64,000 nucleotides of DNA from contig NIVC01000023.1 of NCBI GenBank assembly GCA_002269645.1, forward strand, positions 434,001-498,000, in the 5' to 3' direction. This document shows, in pieces, positions 39,575 to 51,900 of the stretch. The notes beneath the pieces were generated by a model that saw only the letters and a list, made by a program, of their open reading frames with translations, was not told the DNA's origin and ran no database searches. Within the stretch, counting starts at the first letter, position 1. Each line of letters opens with the position of its first letter. This stretch comes from Macrostomum lignano (taxonomy: Eukaryota). A program made the translations under genes and the position numbers.

Positions 39575-39845
39575 TCTCACCCTACTTCTCGCTCACCCTT
39601 GATCTCACCCTACGTCTCGCAATCTCGCTCACTCTTGATCTCACCCTATTTCTCGCTCACTCTTGATCTCATCCTACTTCTCGCTCACTCTTGATCTCAC
39701 CCTACTTCTCACTCATTCTTGATCTCACCCCACTTCTCACTCGCTCTTGATCTCACCCTACTTCTCGCTCACTCTTGATCTCACCCTACTTCTCGCTCAC
39801 TCTTGATCTCACCCCACTTCTCACTCGCTCTTGATCTCACCCTGC
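39575..39845 (+). repeat. 28-bp minisatellite (TCTCACCCTACTTCTCGCTCACTCTTGA)
   Basis: About 10 units. Confidence 0.9.
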
Positions 39846-40659
39846 TTCTTAATCCGCAATTTTACAGACAGCTATCGAACAATCATTCATAATTAACACC
39901 CCAAGTCGTCTCACTGCAACAATTTAATACTCAATCTTAGATATTAGTTGCGCTTATTAGCTACGCTCCTATCAATCAACTAAACAATGAGCTTTTCATC
40001 CTTCACATCTGACCTACCCGACACTCAAGGTCACCATTTAAATTTGTGTTTTCATATTTGTTTATTATATACTGTTGAAATATAATCAATATTAGTATAT
40101 TTATTAGTATAGCAATATAATTGATTGTTTAATCAAATATAAGTATAAATTTATTTTATGTTATTTATCTCAGCAACACGCCTGCTCTCTGCTTGCACAG
40201 CAACCAACAACAACAATGTTAATAACTACTTTCTCAATAAATTTACTAAAGCTTTTTATTGTTGTTTTCCAAATCATTGACAAGCACTTTTATGCCCGAA
40301 AATATGGGGATTAAAAAGATCACTTTCTCTAAATTTGTGGGGAAATTTTTATCACTGTGCGTCAGTGTCTTTAATGCCTCTGCTTGTTGTGCAGCTTCAT
40401 ATGCTAGGCAATAATCCTTCGCTAAGCCCTGGCGGCTGTGCTGTCCCTGATTCGGGAATCGATGGATTCAAAGACCTGTTTTACGCGCTCAAATTTGGGT
40501 ATTAACTCGCAGGCGACGCTCATTTTGCGTGTACGCGAAAGTCGTTAAATTCTCAGCTGGCTGCGCATTATAAATCATAACAATTTTTTTGGTAGGACTT
40601 CACTGCTGCGGGTGAGGTAACAACCGCCTTTGATTTGGCACTGTTACTTGCTTCATCAG

Positions 40660-41615
40660 TCTGACCCTACCTCCTACTCTCACCCTACCCTCACCTACTC
40701 TCACCCCCTAATCTCACCGTACCCTCACTTCTCAAACCCTAATCTCACCCTACCCTCACCTATTCTCACCCCCTAATCTCACCCTACCCTCACCTATTCT
40801 CACCCCCTAATCTCACCCTACTCTCACCTATTCTCACCCCCTAATCTCACCCTACCCTCACCTATTCTCACCCCCTAATCTCACCCTACCCTCACCTATT
40901 CTCACCCCCTTATCTCACCCTACTCTCACTTCTCACCCCCTTGTCTCACTCTAACCTCGCCTTATCTCACTCTACCCTCACCTACTCACATCCTGCCCTC
41001 ACCTACTCTCACTCTACCCTCACCTACTCTCACCCTACCCTCGCCTATTCTCACCCCCTAATCTCACCCTACCCTCACCTATTCTCACCCCCTTATCTCA
41101 CCCTACTCTCACTTCTCACCCCCTTGTCTCACTCTAACCTCACCTTATCTCACTCTACCCTCACCTACTCTCATCCTGCCCTCACCTACTCTCACCCTAC
41201 CCTCACCTACTCTCACCCTACCCTCGCCTATTCTCACCCCCTAATCTCACCCTACCCTCACCTATTCTCACCCCCTTATCTCACCCTACTCTCACTTCTC
41301 ACCCCCTTTTCTCACTCTAACCTCACCTTATCTCACTCTACCCTCACCTACTCTCATCCTGCCCTCACCTACTCTCACCCTACCCTCACCTACTCTCACC
41401 CTACCCTCGCCTATTCTCACCCCCTAATCTCACCCTACCCTCACCTATTCTCACCCCCTTATCTCACCCTACTCTCACTTCTCACCCCCTTGTCTCACTC
41501 TAACCTCACCTTATCTCACTCTACCCTCACCTACTCTCATCCTACCCTCACCTACTCTCACTCTACCCTCACCTACTCTCACTCTACCCTCACCTACTCT
41601 CACTCTACCCTCACT
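40660..41615 (+). repeat. CTCACC-based higher-order C-rich repeat
   Basis: Short CTCACC(C/T) units nested in a ~180-bp higher-order period. Explains ORF 40941. Confidence 0.92.
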
Positions 41616-41618
41616 TAC

Positions 41619-41719
41619 ACTCTTTCGTCGTGTCGCACATGCTGCTCAGTGAGATACTATGCTGATTCACCAAGCCAGCCTCACTCTCCACCCACATGTA
41701 CTTCCATCCGTAACCCTGA
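41619..41719 (-). other. Candidate isolated coding exon (QGYGWKYMWVESEAGLVNQHSISLSSMCDTTKE)
   Basis: cttatcag| acceptor and |GTAAGT donor. Only the phase 2-to-1 frame is open. Parent gene unknown. Confidence 0.4.
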
Positions 41720-42236
41720 CTGATAAGCGACAGTAGAAGTTCGTCGCGTCCCGAGAAGCGAAATTTGCAATTCTCCGTGAAGTCGCACCGCTGTTTGAGT
41801 TTGCGTCAATACGTCTCTAGTGATTCGATGAAGCTTTTATTTTCCTAGCAATTGATTACTAATTAATTTGGCTCACTTCTACAGACTACCTAAAAGCTTT
41901 CAAAGCAGAGAAAATATATAATTATGTTAAAATTGAATGCAAGACTAACGAAATTAACTATGCTTATTGAGTTGCGCAGCTCTTCTGGGACTAAGGATGG
42001 CTTTTATTCAGCGACTGTCTAACTAATTGGTTGATTTCTTATTTTTGCCATCAGGTAAAACTTAACCTTGTAATTTCTTATCAGCAGCATTGTTTGTAGG
42101 TTTCTGCATGCAAATCATTTTGGATTGTCATTATTGTCGGTTTCTTAAAATTTTTAAGTTCATATCTTGGGGTAAAGCATTACACCTGATAATCCAGATT
42201 TCTAGACTAACGGTACCAGCAACTCCCCAGTGAGCC

Positions 42237-43592
42237 ATGGCATCTCAGCAACTCCCCATTGAGTCAATTGGCATCTCAGCAACTCCCCCATTGAGTCAAT
42301 TGGCATCTCAGCAACTCCCCATTGAGTCAATTGGCATCTCAGCAACTCCCCCATTGAGTCAATTGGCATCTCAGCAACTCCCCATTGAGTCAATTAGCAT
42401 CTCAGCAACTCCCCCATTGAGTCAATTGGCATCTCAGCAACTTCCCATTGAGTCAATTGGCATCTCAGCAACTCCCCCATTGAGTCAATTGGCATCTCAG
42501 CAACTCCCCATTGAGTCAATTGGCATCTCAGCAACTCCCCCATTGAGTCAATTGGCATCTCAGCAACTCCCCCATTGAGTCAATTGGCATCTCAGCAACT
42601 CCCCCATTGAGTCAATTGGCATCTCAGCAACTCCCCATTGAGTCAATTGGCATCTCAGCAACTCCCCATTGAGTCAATTGGCATCTCAGCAACTCCCCCA
42701 TTGAGTCAATTGGCATCTCAGCAACTCCCCCATTGAGTCAATTGGCATCTCAGCAACTCCCCATTGAGTCAATTGGCATCTCAGCAACTCCCCATTGAGT
42801 CAATTGGCATCTCAGCAACTCCCCCATTGAGTCAATTGGCATCTCAGAAACTCCCCATTGAGTCAATTGGCATCTCAGCAACTCCCCATTGAGTCAATTG
42901 GCATCTCAGCAACTCCCCCATTGAGTCAATTGGCATCTCAGCAACTCCCCCATTGAGTCAATTGGCATCTCAGCAACTCCCCATTGAGTCAATTGGCATC
43001 TCAGCAACTCCCCCATTGAGTCAATTGGCATCTCAGCAACTCCCCATTGAGTCAATTGGCATCTCAGCAACTCCCCCATTGAGTCAATTGGCATCTCAGC
43101 AACTCCCCATTGAGTCAATTGGCATCTCAGCAACTCCCCATTGAGTCAATTAGCATCTCAGCAACTCCCCCATTGAGTCAATTGGCATCTCAGCAACTTC
43201 CCATTGAGTCAATTGGCATCTCAGCAACTCCCCATTGAGTCAATTGGCATCTCAGCAACTCCCCATTGAGTCAATTGGCATCTCAGCAACTCCCCCATTG
43301 AGTCAATTGGCATCTCAGCAACTCCCCATTGAGTCAATTGGCATCTCAGCAACTCCCCCATTGAGTCAATTGGCATCTCAGCAACTCCCCCATTGAGTCA
43401 ATTGGCATCTCAGCAACTCCCCCATTGAGTCAATTGGCATCTCAGCGACTCCCCCATTGAGTCAATTGGCATCTCAGCAACTCCCCCATTGAGTCAATTG
43501 GCATCTCAGCGACTCCCCCATTGAGTCAATTGGCATCTCAGCAACTCCCCCATTGAGTCAATTGGCATCTCAGCAACTCCCCATTGAGTCAA
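42237..43592 (+). repeat. 31/32-bp satellite (GGCATCTCAGCAACTCCCC(C)ATTGAGTCAATT)
   Basis: About 43 highly homogeneous units. Confidence 0.97.
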
Positions 43593-44311
43593 TTTTTGGC
43601 ATCTAAGAAATTTCGTCGTTGACTAAATAACGACGTCGTCGTTAGTAAGAGCGTCGCGGTCTGGAAACTTCAAGGGCGCTTAAATCAATAACAAATGGCG
43701 CCAAAATCAATTATGTATATAGCGCTAAAACCCATGACAAATGGTGCCAAAATCCATGACAAATGGCGTTAAAATCCATGACAAATGGCGTTAAAATCAA
43801 TGAAGAATGTGCGCCAAAATCAACTGCCAAGCCTCGGTAAGAACCTGAGTGTCCCCATGTATTACATATATAGTTGCTTTATATGCTTAGTTCAAGCGTA
43901 TCTAAATAAAACTGACTTCTTCATCAGTTTCTGCAAGAAATTCGAGAAATACAGAATCCTAGTGCAAGCACACCTGCGCAGAAGTGTCCTGATTCGTCTG
44001 CTCGTCTGTACCAGATCGTATGATTTGCAAAAATTTAATTGCTGAAATTTGACCCGATTAGCTTTGATTCGAAAGGATTTCATTTTTTTTAAAGTAATGC
44101 GACGCTTCCATGTTGACTCAGTCTGAGTGGAGGGTTGGAACATAACCTGAGTACGTGTACAGATATATAAGAATGGTACGAGCTAGCTTATCGCACAAGG
44201 AATAATTGACGTCAATTAGTGGCTAATGCTCATTATAAAAACTACGAGTATGTTCGTCGCATCAAGCTTTCCAGTACACAAACCGGACACTTAAACATTT
44301 CTGTGACGTTA

Positions 44312-44684
44312 AACACCTTGATAACCTACTGCTAAACACCTTGATAACCTACTGCTAAACATTTTGATAACCTACTGCTAAACACCTTGATAACCTACTG
44401 CTAAACACCTTGATAACCTACAGCTAAACACCTTGATAACCTACTGCTAAACATTTTGATAACCTACTGCTAAACACCTTGATAACCTACTGCTAAACAC
44501 CTTGATAACCTACAGCTAAACACCTTGATAACCTACTGCTAAACACCTTGATAACCTACAGCTAAACACCTTGATAACCTACAGCTAAACACCTTGATAA
44601 CCTACTGCTAAACATTTTGATAACCTACTGCTAAACATTTTGATAACCTACTGCTAAACACATTGATAACCTACTGCTAAACAC
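44312..44684 (+). repeat. 23-bp minisatellite (AAACACCTTGATAACCTACTGCT)
   Basis: About 16 units. Confidence 0.93.
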
Positions 44685-44764
44685 CACGAAAATTGCAAAC
44701 ACAAAAATCTATTTGAGCACATTGATACGCTGCACAAACTTCGAGCTTGTAGATCTATGTATAG

Positions 44765-46550
44765 AATGACGTTTATTTTATGCCTGACATGACGCTTATA
44801 TAATGCCTGACATGAAACTCATTTAATGCCTGACGTGACGCTCATTTAATGCCTGACATGACGCTCTGAAAATTCAAACCCACATCGCTGCATTAACAGT
44901 TCAGTCTGTTCACCTCTAGGTTAGCTCTCATCGTTTTGATATCATGAATTTGTAGCACTTATAATTCAACACTCACACCAAGCCAGTTTTGATATAATTA
45001 TAGCTCGTACATCGCACATCGCAGCAATTAAACTCGAGCCTTGACATCTCAGAAATTCAGAGACTGTGTGTAGTGAGCGAGAGACAAGCCAGTCAGGTTT
45101 AGTCCAGAAAAACAAATTCAAAGGGTGGAGTTACTTTTATATTTAATCGAGAACGCATGTACGTATACAACCAGAGCGCGCATGTACATCGCATTCCCTT
45201 ACCTCCAGTCACTGACTAGCAAAACAAACCAGTGAGTACACTCACTTTACAACATTGACATCTCAGAAATTTCCTCAGTAAGCCTCGGCATCGCAGCAAT
45301 TATATTTGAGCCTTGACATCTCAGCCATTCTCCCAGCCCAGTAAGCCTTGACATCCCAACAACCCAACTCCCCTCCCCCCCCTCAAAAACTCAGCAATCC
45401 CCTAATTGTGAGCCTTAATATCTCAACAATTTCTTCATGAATTTCTTCATGGCAACTCAGCGATTGCCCCATGAGCCTTGATATCTTAGCAATTCTATCT
45501 TAGCAAGTTTGAATTAGCAAGTTTAGCAAATAGGATTGACAGAGCGGTTATTCTATGGTTGAAGCAAAACTGACCCTAACCCTAACCCTAACCCATAAGT
45601 GAGTCTTGGCATCTTAGCAATTCCCCCATGAGCCTTTAAAGGCAATTCCTCCATGAATTCCTTATGGTTGACACGAAGATTGTTTTATAATTGAACCCTA
45701 CCATAACCCTTAACCTCCAGCCCAGTCACAGCATTTCAGCAACTCCCTCTCAGCCAAGAGTTTCAGAAATTTCCTAATGAGCATTTGAAATCTTAGCAAT
45801 TTCCCCATGAGCCTGAAAATTTAGCAACTAACCTTTTGATATCTTGGCAATTTACATGAGTCTTATGCATGGTTGAACCCTAACCCTAAAACCTGCCAAG
45901 TCACAGCATTTCAGCAATTCTCACCATGAACCACAGCATTTCAGCAATTACCCAATGAACCTTGATATTTCGTGAATTTCAGCCATTCTTTTATGAGCCT
46001 TTGACATCTCAGCCAGTCTCCTGTGAACCTTAGCATCTCAGCAATACCCCATTCCCTCAAGAGCCACAGCGTACAGCATGTACCCAATGAGCCTTGATAT
46101 CTCAGCAACTCCTATTTGAGCCATATCCCCATGTTTCGCAATCGCAGAAATTCCCCTGAGCATTGAGCCACAGTATATGCATTGAGCATATTTCAGATAT
46201 CTCCCCATGAGCCTAAGACATTTCTCAATGAGTCTTTTATGTTTGACAGGCCAATTAATTTATGGTTTAACCCTACCTTACCCTAACAATCTCGGAAATT
46301 CCCCCAACAGCCACAGCATTCCATGCAGTAATTATCCCCATGAGCCTTGACAGCAAAGCAATTTTCCAATGAGCCTTTATAACTCAGCAATTTCACAAAC
46401 GAAACTTGAAATCAAAGCAATTCTCCTCAGAATCACATCGTTATAGCAATTCCCTTTGAGCCTTGACATCTCAGAAATTCTCCCATGAGTCTTGACATCA
46501 AAGCAATTTCCCATACCAGCCCTGACATCTCAGCAATTCCCAATGAGTGT
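44765..46550 (+). mobile_element. Diverged copy of the dispersed repeat family seen at 5.2-9.7 kb
   Basis: 23-bp GACATGACGCT units, then ~44866-44970 homologous to 5340-5450 (cagttcagtctgttcacctctagg.tagctctcatcgttttgata), then GAGCCTTGACATCTCAGCAATT units with TAACCC tracts. Confidence 0.7.
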
Positions 46551-46689
46551 TTTATGCTCGTCAGGCTGCTTCTGTTGTTATGGCTGGCATCGTGATTCTT
46601 TCTCGCTTTTTCTTGCGTTGAGTTTTCTTCTCTTTAAAAGAAGTTGTTATTAAAAAATTAAAGTGGTTTATCATCGCTTTAGCAACTGT

Positions 46690-46940
46690 TTATCAGCAGT
46701 TTAGCAATGGTTCACCAGCAGTTTAGCAATGCTTCACCAGCAGTTTAGCAATGGATCACCAGCAGTTTAGCAATGATTCACCAGCAGTTTAGCAATGCTT
46801 CACCAGCAGTTTAGCAATGGTTCACCAGCAGTTTAGCAATGGTTCACAAGCAGTTTAGCAATGGTTCACCAGCAGTTTAGCAATGCTTCACCAGCAGTTT
46901 AGCAATGCTTCACCAGCAGTTTAGCAATGGTTCACCAGCA
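46690..46940 (+). repeat. 22-bp minisatellite (CAGCAGTTTAGCAATGGTTCAC)
   Basis: About 11 units. Confidence 0.92.
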
Positions 46941-47254
46941 CTGTTTCGCTCAATCAGTGAGTAGATGGCCGCTAATCTACATGTTTCTCAATAATCGAAA
47001 CCACTTGAAATTGATTTGCAATCCTCTTGCATATTTATTACTTCATTGTACGTCAGATTAGCACTGCTCTCCCCGATTAGCGCTGCTCACCCAGATTAGT
47101 GATACCTCCTGCAAATTAGCACTTACATCAGATTAGCACTGCTCTAGAAGATTAACGCAGCCCCAGCAAAAGTATATTTAACTTTAAATGTTAAAAATCT
47201 GCATGAATCTGCATAGGAGACCGTAAATACTGTCACAGGTCTCAGAAATAAATC

Positions 47255-47328
47255 CGTTGCTTCAATGCAGGCTCGAACTGCCGACCTTCAGTCTATGCCT
47301 GTTACTGCCTGCCTACAACGCGGCTATC
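47255..47328 (-). pseudogene. tRNA-like Pol III head (SINE fragment or tRNA pseudogene)
   Basis: The minus strand reads TAGCCGCGTTGTAGG..AAGGTCGGCAGTTCGAGCC (A/B-box-like). No cloverleaf. Confidence 0.45.
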
Positions 47329-48217
47329 GTTTTTAATGACAGATATGGTCGAAATAAACCTCACTATTCAAGAAGTTTAGTAACTTCAGCAGTTTGAAGT
47401 GAACCCCCCAGAAATCTCCACAACAACCTGAAATTATCCCTTCATCTAATCCCGCAAAACAGACTGCAGTAATCTCTTGGCAGTCTGTATTTTATCTACT
47501 TTGCAGTCTAAAACTTTCATTAACATTAAGCATTTATACCCTCAGCGGCCTAGAATTGTCCTCTCAGCAGACTACAATAATTCACTTAGCAGTCCGCAGT
47601 AATCCCCTCAACAACTTGCATTTAATCCTTCACAGTTATTATCCACTAATAACTCTGTAGATAGTTATCCCTTCAGCAGCGCTCATAAGTCTGGAAGGTC
47701 TGCATGAATGACCCCTTCGACAATCTGCAGTTCCCCTCAGCAGTCTGCAGTCATTCCATTTGCAGTCTACAACTGTTCCCTTAACAATTCTCATTCATCC
47801 TCTCAGCAGTCTGCAGTTCTCCTCTCAGCAAGCTCCTCAGTATCCTCAGCAAACTGCAATGATCCTTTCAATAATCCAGAAATTTGCTCGGCATTGTACG
47901 GCTCACTAATCAATTTTCGATACATATCGGCAGTCTTTTGCACAACCCAGCATTTAGCAATACCTTCAGCAGTCTCGGAGCATCGTCTGCAGTTTAGCAA
48001 TTTCAAACTTTCATGGAGCTAGGCAGTACACATTGATGGGATCAGTAATACTCGAAGCAGTTTTTTTACAAATCAAATTTGCTTAGCGGCTTGTCTTGAG
48101 TAGCAAAAATAATTAATTGCTAATTAATAAAGATAATTTATTTGCTATTTAATCAAAAAAAATTTGCAATCAGTCGATGCACAGGCTACCAATAGTTGAT
48201 TTAATTCAATTTTATTT

Positions 48218-48295
48218 GTCCGCCGGGAATCGAACATTGGACCTTACGTCTAGCCTAAACCTAGTCCTAGTACCTACGGCGCGGCTACTCCGCCT
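48218..48295 (-). pseudogene. tRNA-like Pol III head (SINE fragment or tRNA pseudogene)
   Basis: The minus strand reads GGCGGAGTAGCCGCGCCGTAGG..AAGGTCCAATGTTCGATTCCCGG. The acceptor stem does not pair. Confidence 0.45.
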
Positions 48296-48945
48296 ACTGA
48301 TTGGAGATAAAATCAGCCACATATGTATGCTTCGGCACTTCGGCAGAGCCAATGCACAGTTAAATGAAATAGCAATTGTCTTTGCAGTCCCCCCTTGCAG
48401 TCAGCCAGGGTCAGAATGTACACACGCAGCCACTGATATTTTTTTCTCTCTTTGCACACTGCAGCCAGTATTGGGGCCTATACAGTGAAGAGACAAAGGT
48501 TGTGGCGCAATCATTTTTGGAATTGGAATTCAGCCAGTCAAGAATTCAATTTGGTGTGGCCTTCTATTAAAAGCATAGGGAGAACTCGTTTTTCGAATAT
48601 TTAATTCCTTTAGCATTGAAGCAGATAAAAGAAATTTAACCGTCTTTCTTCCAGATAATTGCAAATCTTTTGGCGAAAACCAAATTATTTGAATTATTTG
48701 AAAAAATACCAATTATTTGAACTTCATAAAAATATTGACTAAAAAACTCTTTAAATCCATTTATTAATAAATCCTTGCAGATGACCAAATCAAAAAGGTC
48801 TTGACCGGATTGGCGGCGCAATCATATATTTCCTATGTCACAGTTTATTTAACAAACAAAATAAAACAAACTCACGGCCATTTTAAAATTTTGGTCAGCG
48901 CTTGAGTTGTTTCATTCATTTATCGGCAGCTAATTATAAGCTCAC

Positions 48946-50366
48946 GGCAGTTGGTTCGCGTCGAACTCCAACTGATCGTCGAAACTTCGGCGTCGGCGGA
49001 TTCTGCGTTTTCGTCGACAGCATCCGGCGATGCCGTTGACGCAACAATGAATATTTCCAGGCAGCTCGATGCCGCGCTTGTAAACAGCCTCTTGATGAAG
49101 CGGCAGGTTGGAGTAGTCAGGTATCACAGGCGTGGATGATCGGTCTGGAGTGTTTTTGAGAGATTGGGAGAGTTGGAGACGAAAATGGGTTGCTTGTAGT
49201 TAAAGTAAAGGAATATCTCTACACCACCTATATGTACTAAAGGAATTGATAAGTTTTATACATGTAGTTAATTTGGGGAGAGCGTGTTAAGTGCAACTGA
49301 TAACAAGATAATAGGTGGTAGGAGTCAATGGCGCTACTGATAAAAGCAGGGTTGATGGCGTGGGGTGTTGGCTCAATGAACTTGGGGTTGGTATTGGCTC
49401 AATGAACTGGGGGTTGGGATGTTGGCTCAATGAACTGGGATTGGGCCGTGTTGGCTCAATGAACTGGGGTTGGGCCGTGTTGGCTCAATGAACTGGGGTT
49501 GGGCCGTGTTGGCTCAATGAACTGGGGTTGGGCCGTGTTGGCTCAATGAACTGGGTGGGGTGTTGGCTCAATGAACTGGGGGTTGGTATTGGCTCAATGA
49601 ACTGGGGGTTGGTATTGGCTCAATGAACTGGGGGTTGGTATTGGCTCAATGAACTGGGGGTTGGTATTGGCTCAATGAACTGGGGGTTGGTATTGGCTCA
49701 ATGAACTGGGGGTTGGGGTGTTGGCTCAATGAACTGGGGGTTGGGGTGTTGGCTCAATGAACTGGGGGTTGGTATTGGCTCAATGAACTGGGGGTTGGTA
49801 TTGGCTCAATGAACTGGGGGTTGGTATTGGCTCAATGAACTGGGGGTTGGTATTGGCTCAATGAACTGGGGGTTGGTATTGGCTCAATGAACTGGGGGTT
49901 GGGGTGTTGGCTCAATGAACTGGGTGGGGTGTTGGCTCAATGAACTGGGGTTGGTATTGGCTCAATGAACTGGGGGTTGGGGTGTTGGCTCAATGAACTG
50001 GGGGTTGGTATTGGCTCAATGAACCCGGGTTGGGGTGTTGGCTCAATGAACTTGGGTTGGGCCGTGTTGGCTCAATGAACTGGGTGGGGTGTTGGTTGCA
50101 TGAACTGAGTGGGGTGTTGGCTGAATGAACTGAGGTTGGGGTGTTGGCTCAATGAACTGGGGTTGGGGTGTTGGCTCAATGCTAAACAGTCTGCAACATA
50201 ATTGCATTTTAGCAAACGGACAAGGCATGCACCAATTTCAATTCAATCGCTCACCCTCCTGCTCAGGGTTGTCAAAGCTTGCAGCGGCCGAAGCTGCCAT
50301 CAGCACAGCCACAGCGGCAATGGTAGCCGAGGCGACAATCAGTTTAGTTATTACCCAGAGCTTCAT
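48946..50366 (-). CDS. Secreted prohormone/neuropeptide-like precursor (3' exon unresolved)
   Basis: Exon 50366-50255 (MKLWVITKLIVASATIAAVAVLMAASAAASFDNPEQE, donor G|GTGAGC) joins in phase 1 to exon 49144-48946 (pyrimidine tract ctccag|, donor CC|GTGAGC). Exon 2 encodes ..YKR-GIELPGNIHCCVNGIAGCC-RRKRRIRRRR-SFDDQLEFDANQLP. Confidence 0.8.
49365..50175 (+). repeat. 26-28-bp G-rich minisatellite (GGCTCAATGAACTGGGGGTTGGTATT) in the prohormone intron
   Basis: About 30 units. Confidence 0.95.
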
Positions 50367-51202
50367 TTTCTCTGCTAAGAATAAGCGCGCTTTAGTTAGC
50401 CACAAAGAATATTCTAATTATGATTTGTAGACTCAAGTTTGCTTATGATAAACTGCAGTGAGAGATTCGGCGAGTGCGAAAAAACGCAGATTTTATAGCA
50501 GCAAAATTTAATGAACAACGAAGCCAAAATCCAGTCAGCCAGTCAGCTACGAGTAGTTCTGTCCGCTTATTGTGCCACTAGAGACCGGTGGGGGAGTATT
50601 CGAGGAGCAGGAATCGAACAGTGACGATGAAAATGGATGTTTAAAAATCTGAAATGTTACGCCTGTCTGCATGTCAAACGCTTCCAAATCCCGGAATTCG
50701 ATGGATTCCCATGCGTGACGAATCAGAGCCACTGGCCAATCGTAGCGATACTGGTAGAAACAATTATATAATCAAATTACTTCTATATTACTTCTTTTCT
50801 ACTAATAGTAGAGTAGATTGCCTATTAAGTGAAAAAGTGAAAATCAAACGAAATGTACCGGTGTTAGGCTTTGCAATCTCCGTGCGCTTGCAGTCTCCGG
50901 CCGGAGATCGCAAGACGAATGTGACTCTGCTTTGCGATCTCCAGTCCCGGACAACGCAAGGCCTTGCGTTTTCCCTGATTTTGAGATCTCCGGGGTAGAA
51001 ATGAACATGAGCGGAGTACAGCCACGGGGCTAAAACTCTGCCAAATAATTACTGGTTGCATGTGCAGGGCCTTTAGCTCGTATATGATCTGTACACGGCC
51101 TTTATATGCAAACAGCTAATATATCTGTACCTAGCAGTGAGCTCTAGATGAATTACACAGATTGGGGTCCCAGGGGATAAAGGGGATAAAATGGGGATCT
51201 CA

Positions 51203-51419
51203 TGTCAACTTAAGGCTCTGGAATGGAACCCAAAGCAAGGCTCCAGACCAAACCGACTGGAATCGATAACTGGTCGGACCAGGGGACTAGAATCCCCAAG
51301 GAAGGGACCCGGATGGGATGTCTCGGCGATTCTAGTCACCAGGTCCGACCAGTTATCGATTCCAGTCGGTTTGGTCTGAAGCCTTGCTTTGGGTTCCATT
51401 CCAGAGCCTTAAGTTGACA
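51203..51419. mobile_element. 217-bp palindromic MITE-like element with TGT..ACA termini
   Basis: Arms of ~90 bp are near-perfect reverse complements, so both strands give the MEPKARLQTKPTGIDNWSD ORF. Spacer ~30 nt. No TSD. Confidence 0.85.
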
Positions 51420-51436
51420 CCCCCTTTGCAGTTTTT

Positions 51437-51900
51437 CGCCCAATACCAAATGTACGAGCGGACACGGTCGCTCGAGAACTGAAAAGCCTATTTGGCCTTT
51501 TTGGCTGGCCTCGCATTCTTCTGAGTGATCAAGGCAGGGAATTCTGCAATTCCATCATCGAGGCTTTGCTACAGGAGGGCCGGTACGGAAAGACGAGTAA
51601 CGAGTGCTTACCATCCTCAGACGAATGGACAAACTGAGAGGCTAAACCAAACGTGCCTCACCCTGCTTCGCAAGGTTTGCAACTCCCCAACTGACATTAA
51701 CTGGGATCGGCACCTGGACGCAATCCAACTTGCTTACAACAGCAGACGCAACTCAACGACTGTGGCTTCGCCTTTCAGTGCTGTTTTTGGCTTTGAGCCT
51801 CTGCTCGGAAGCGATGCGGCGGCTGCTCTCGGCCAGCCTACATCGGCTCCAGCATCAATGCAACGGCAATGGCTTGTAGAACTAATTCTGGTGACTAACC
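51437..51900 (+). pseudogene. Frameshifted Gypsy/Ginger-type DDE integrase core fragment
   Basis: One frame reads PIPNVRADTVARELKSLFGLFGWPRILLSDQGREFCNSIIEALLQE. After a +1 shift the next reads AGTERRVTSAYHPQTNGQTERLNQT..WDRHLDAIQLAYNS..SPFSAVFG. No RT, gag or LTR seen. Confidence 0.9.

Noticed and set aside
47255-48295. Functional tRNA genes
   Set aside because: A/B-box-like motifs are present but acceptor stems do not pair and no anticodon arm is definable.
48530-48565. Terminal exon RPHQIEFLTG* for the prohormone
   Set aside because: Phase-compatible, but it overlaps a fragment of the dispersed repeat family and cannot be preferred over other candidates without RNA data.
51191-51417. Paired MEPKARLQTK ORFs as a toxin-antitoxin or gene pair
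   Set aside because: Mirror translations of a DNA palindrome.
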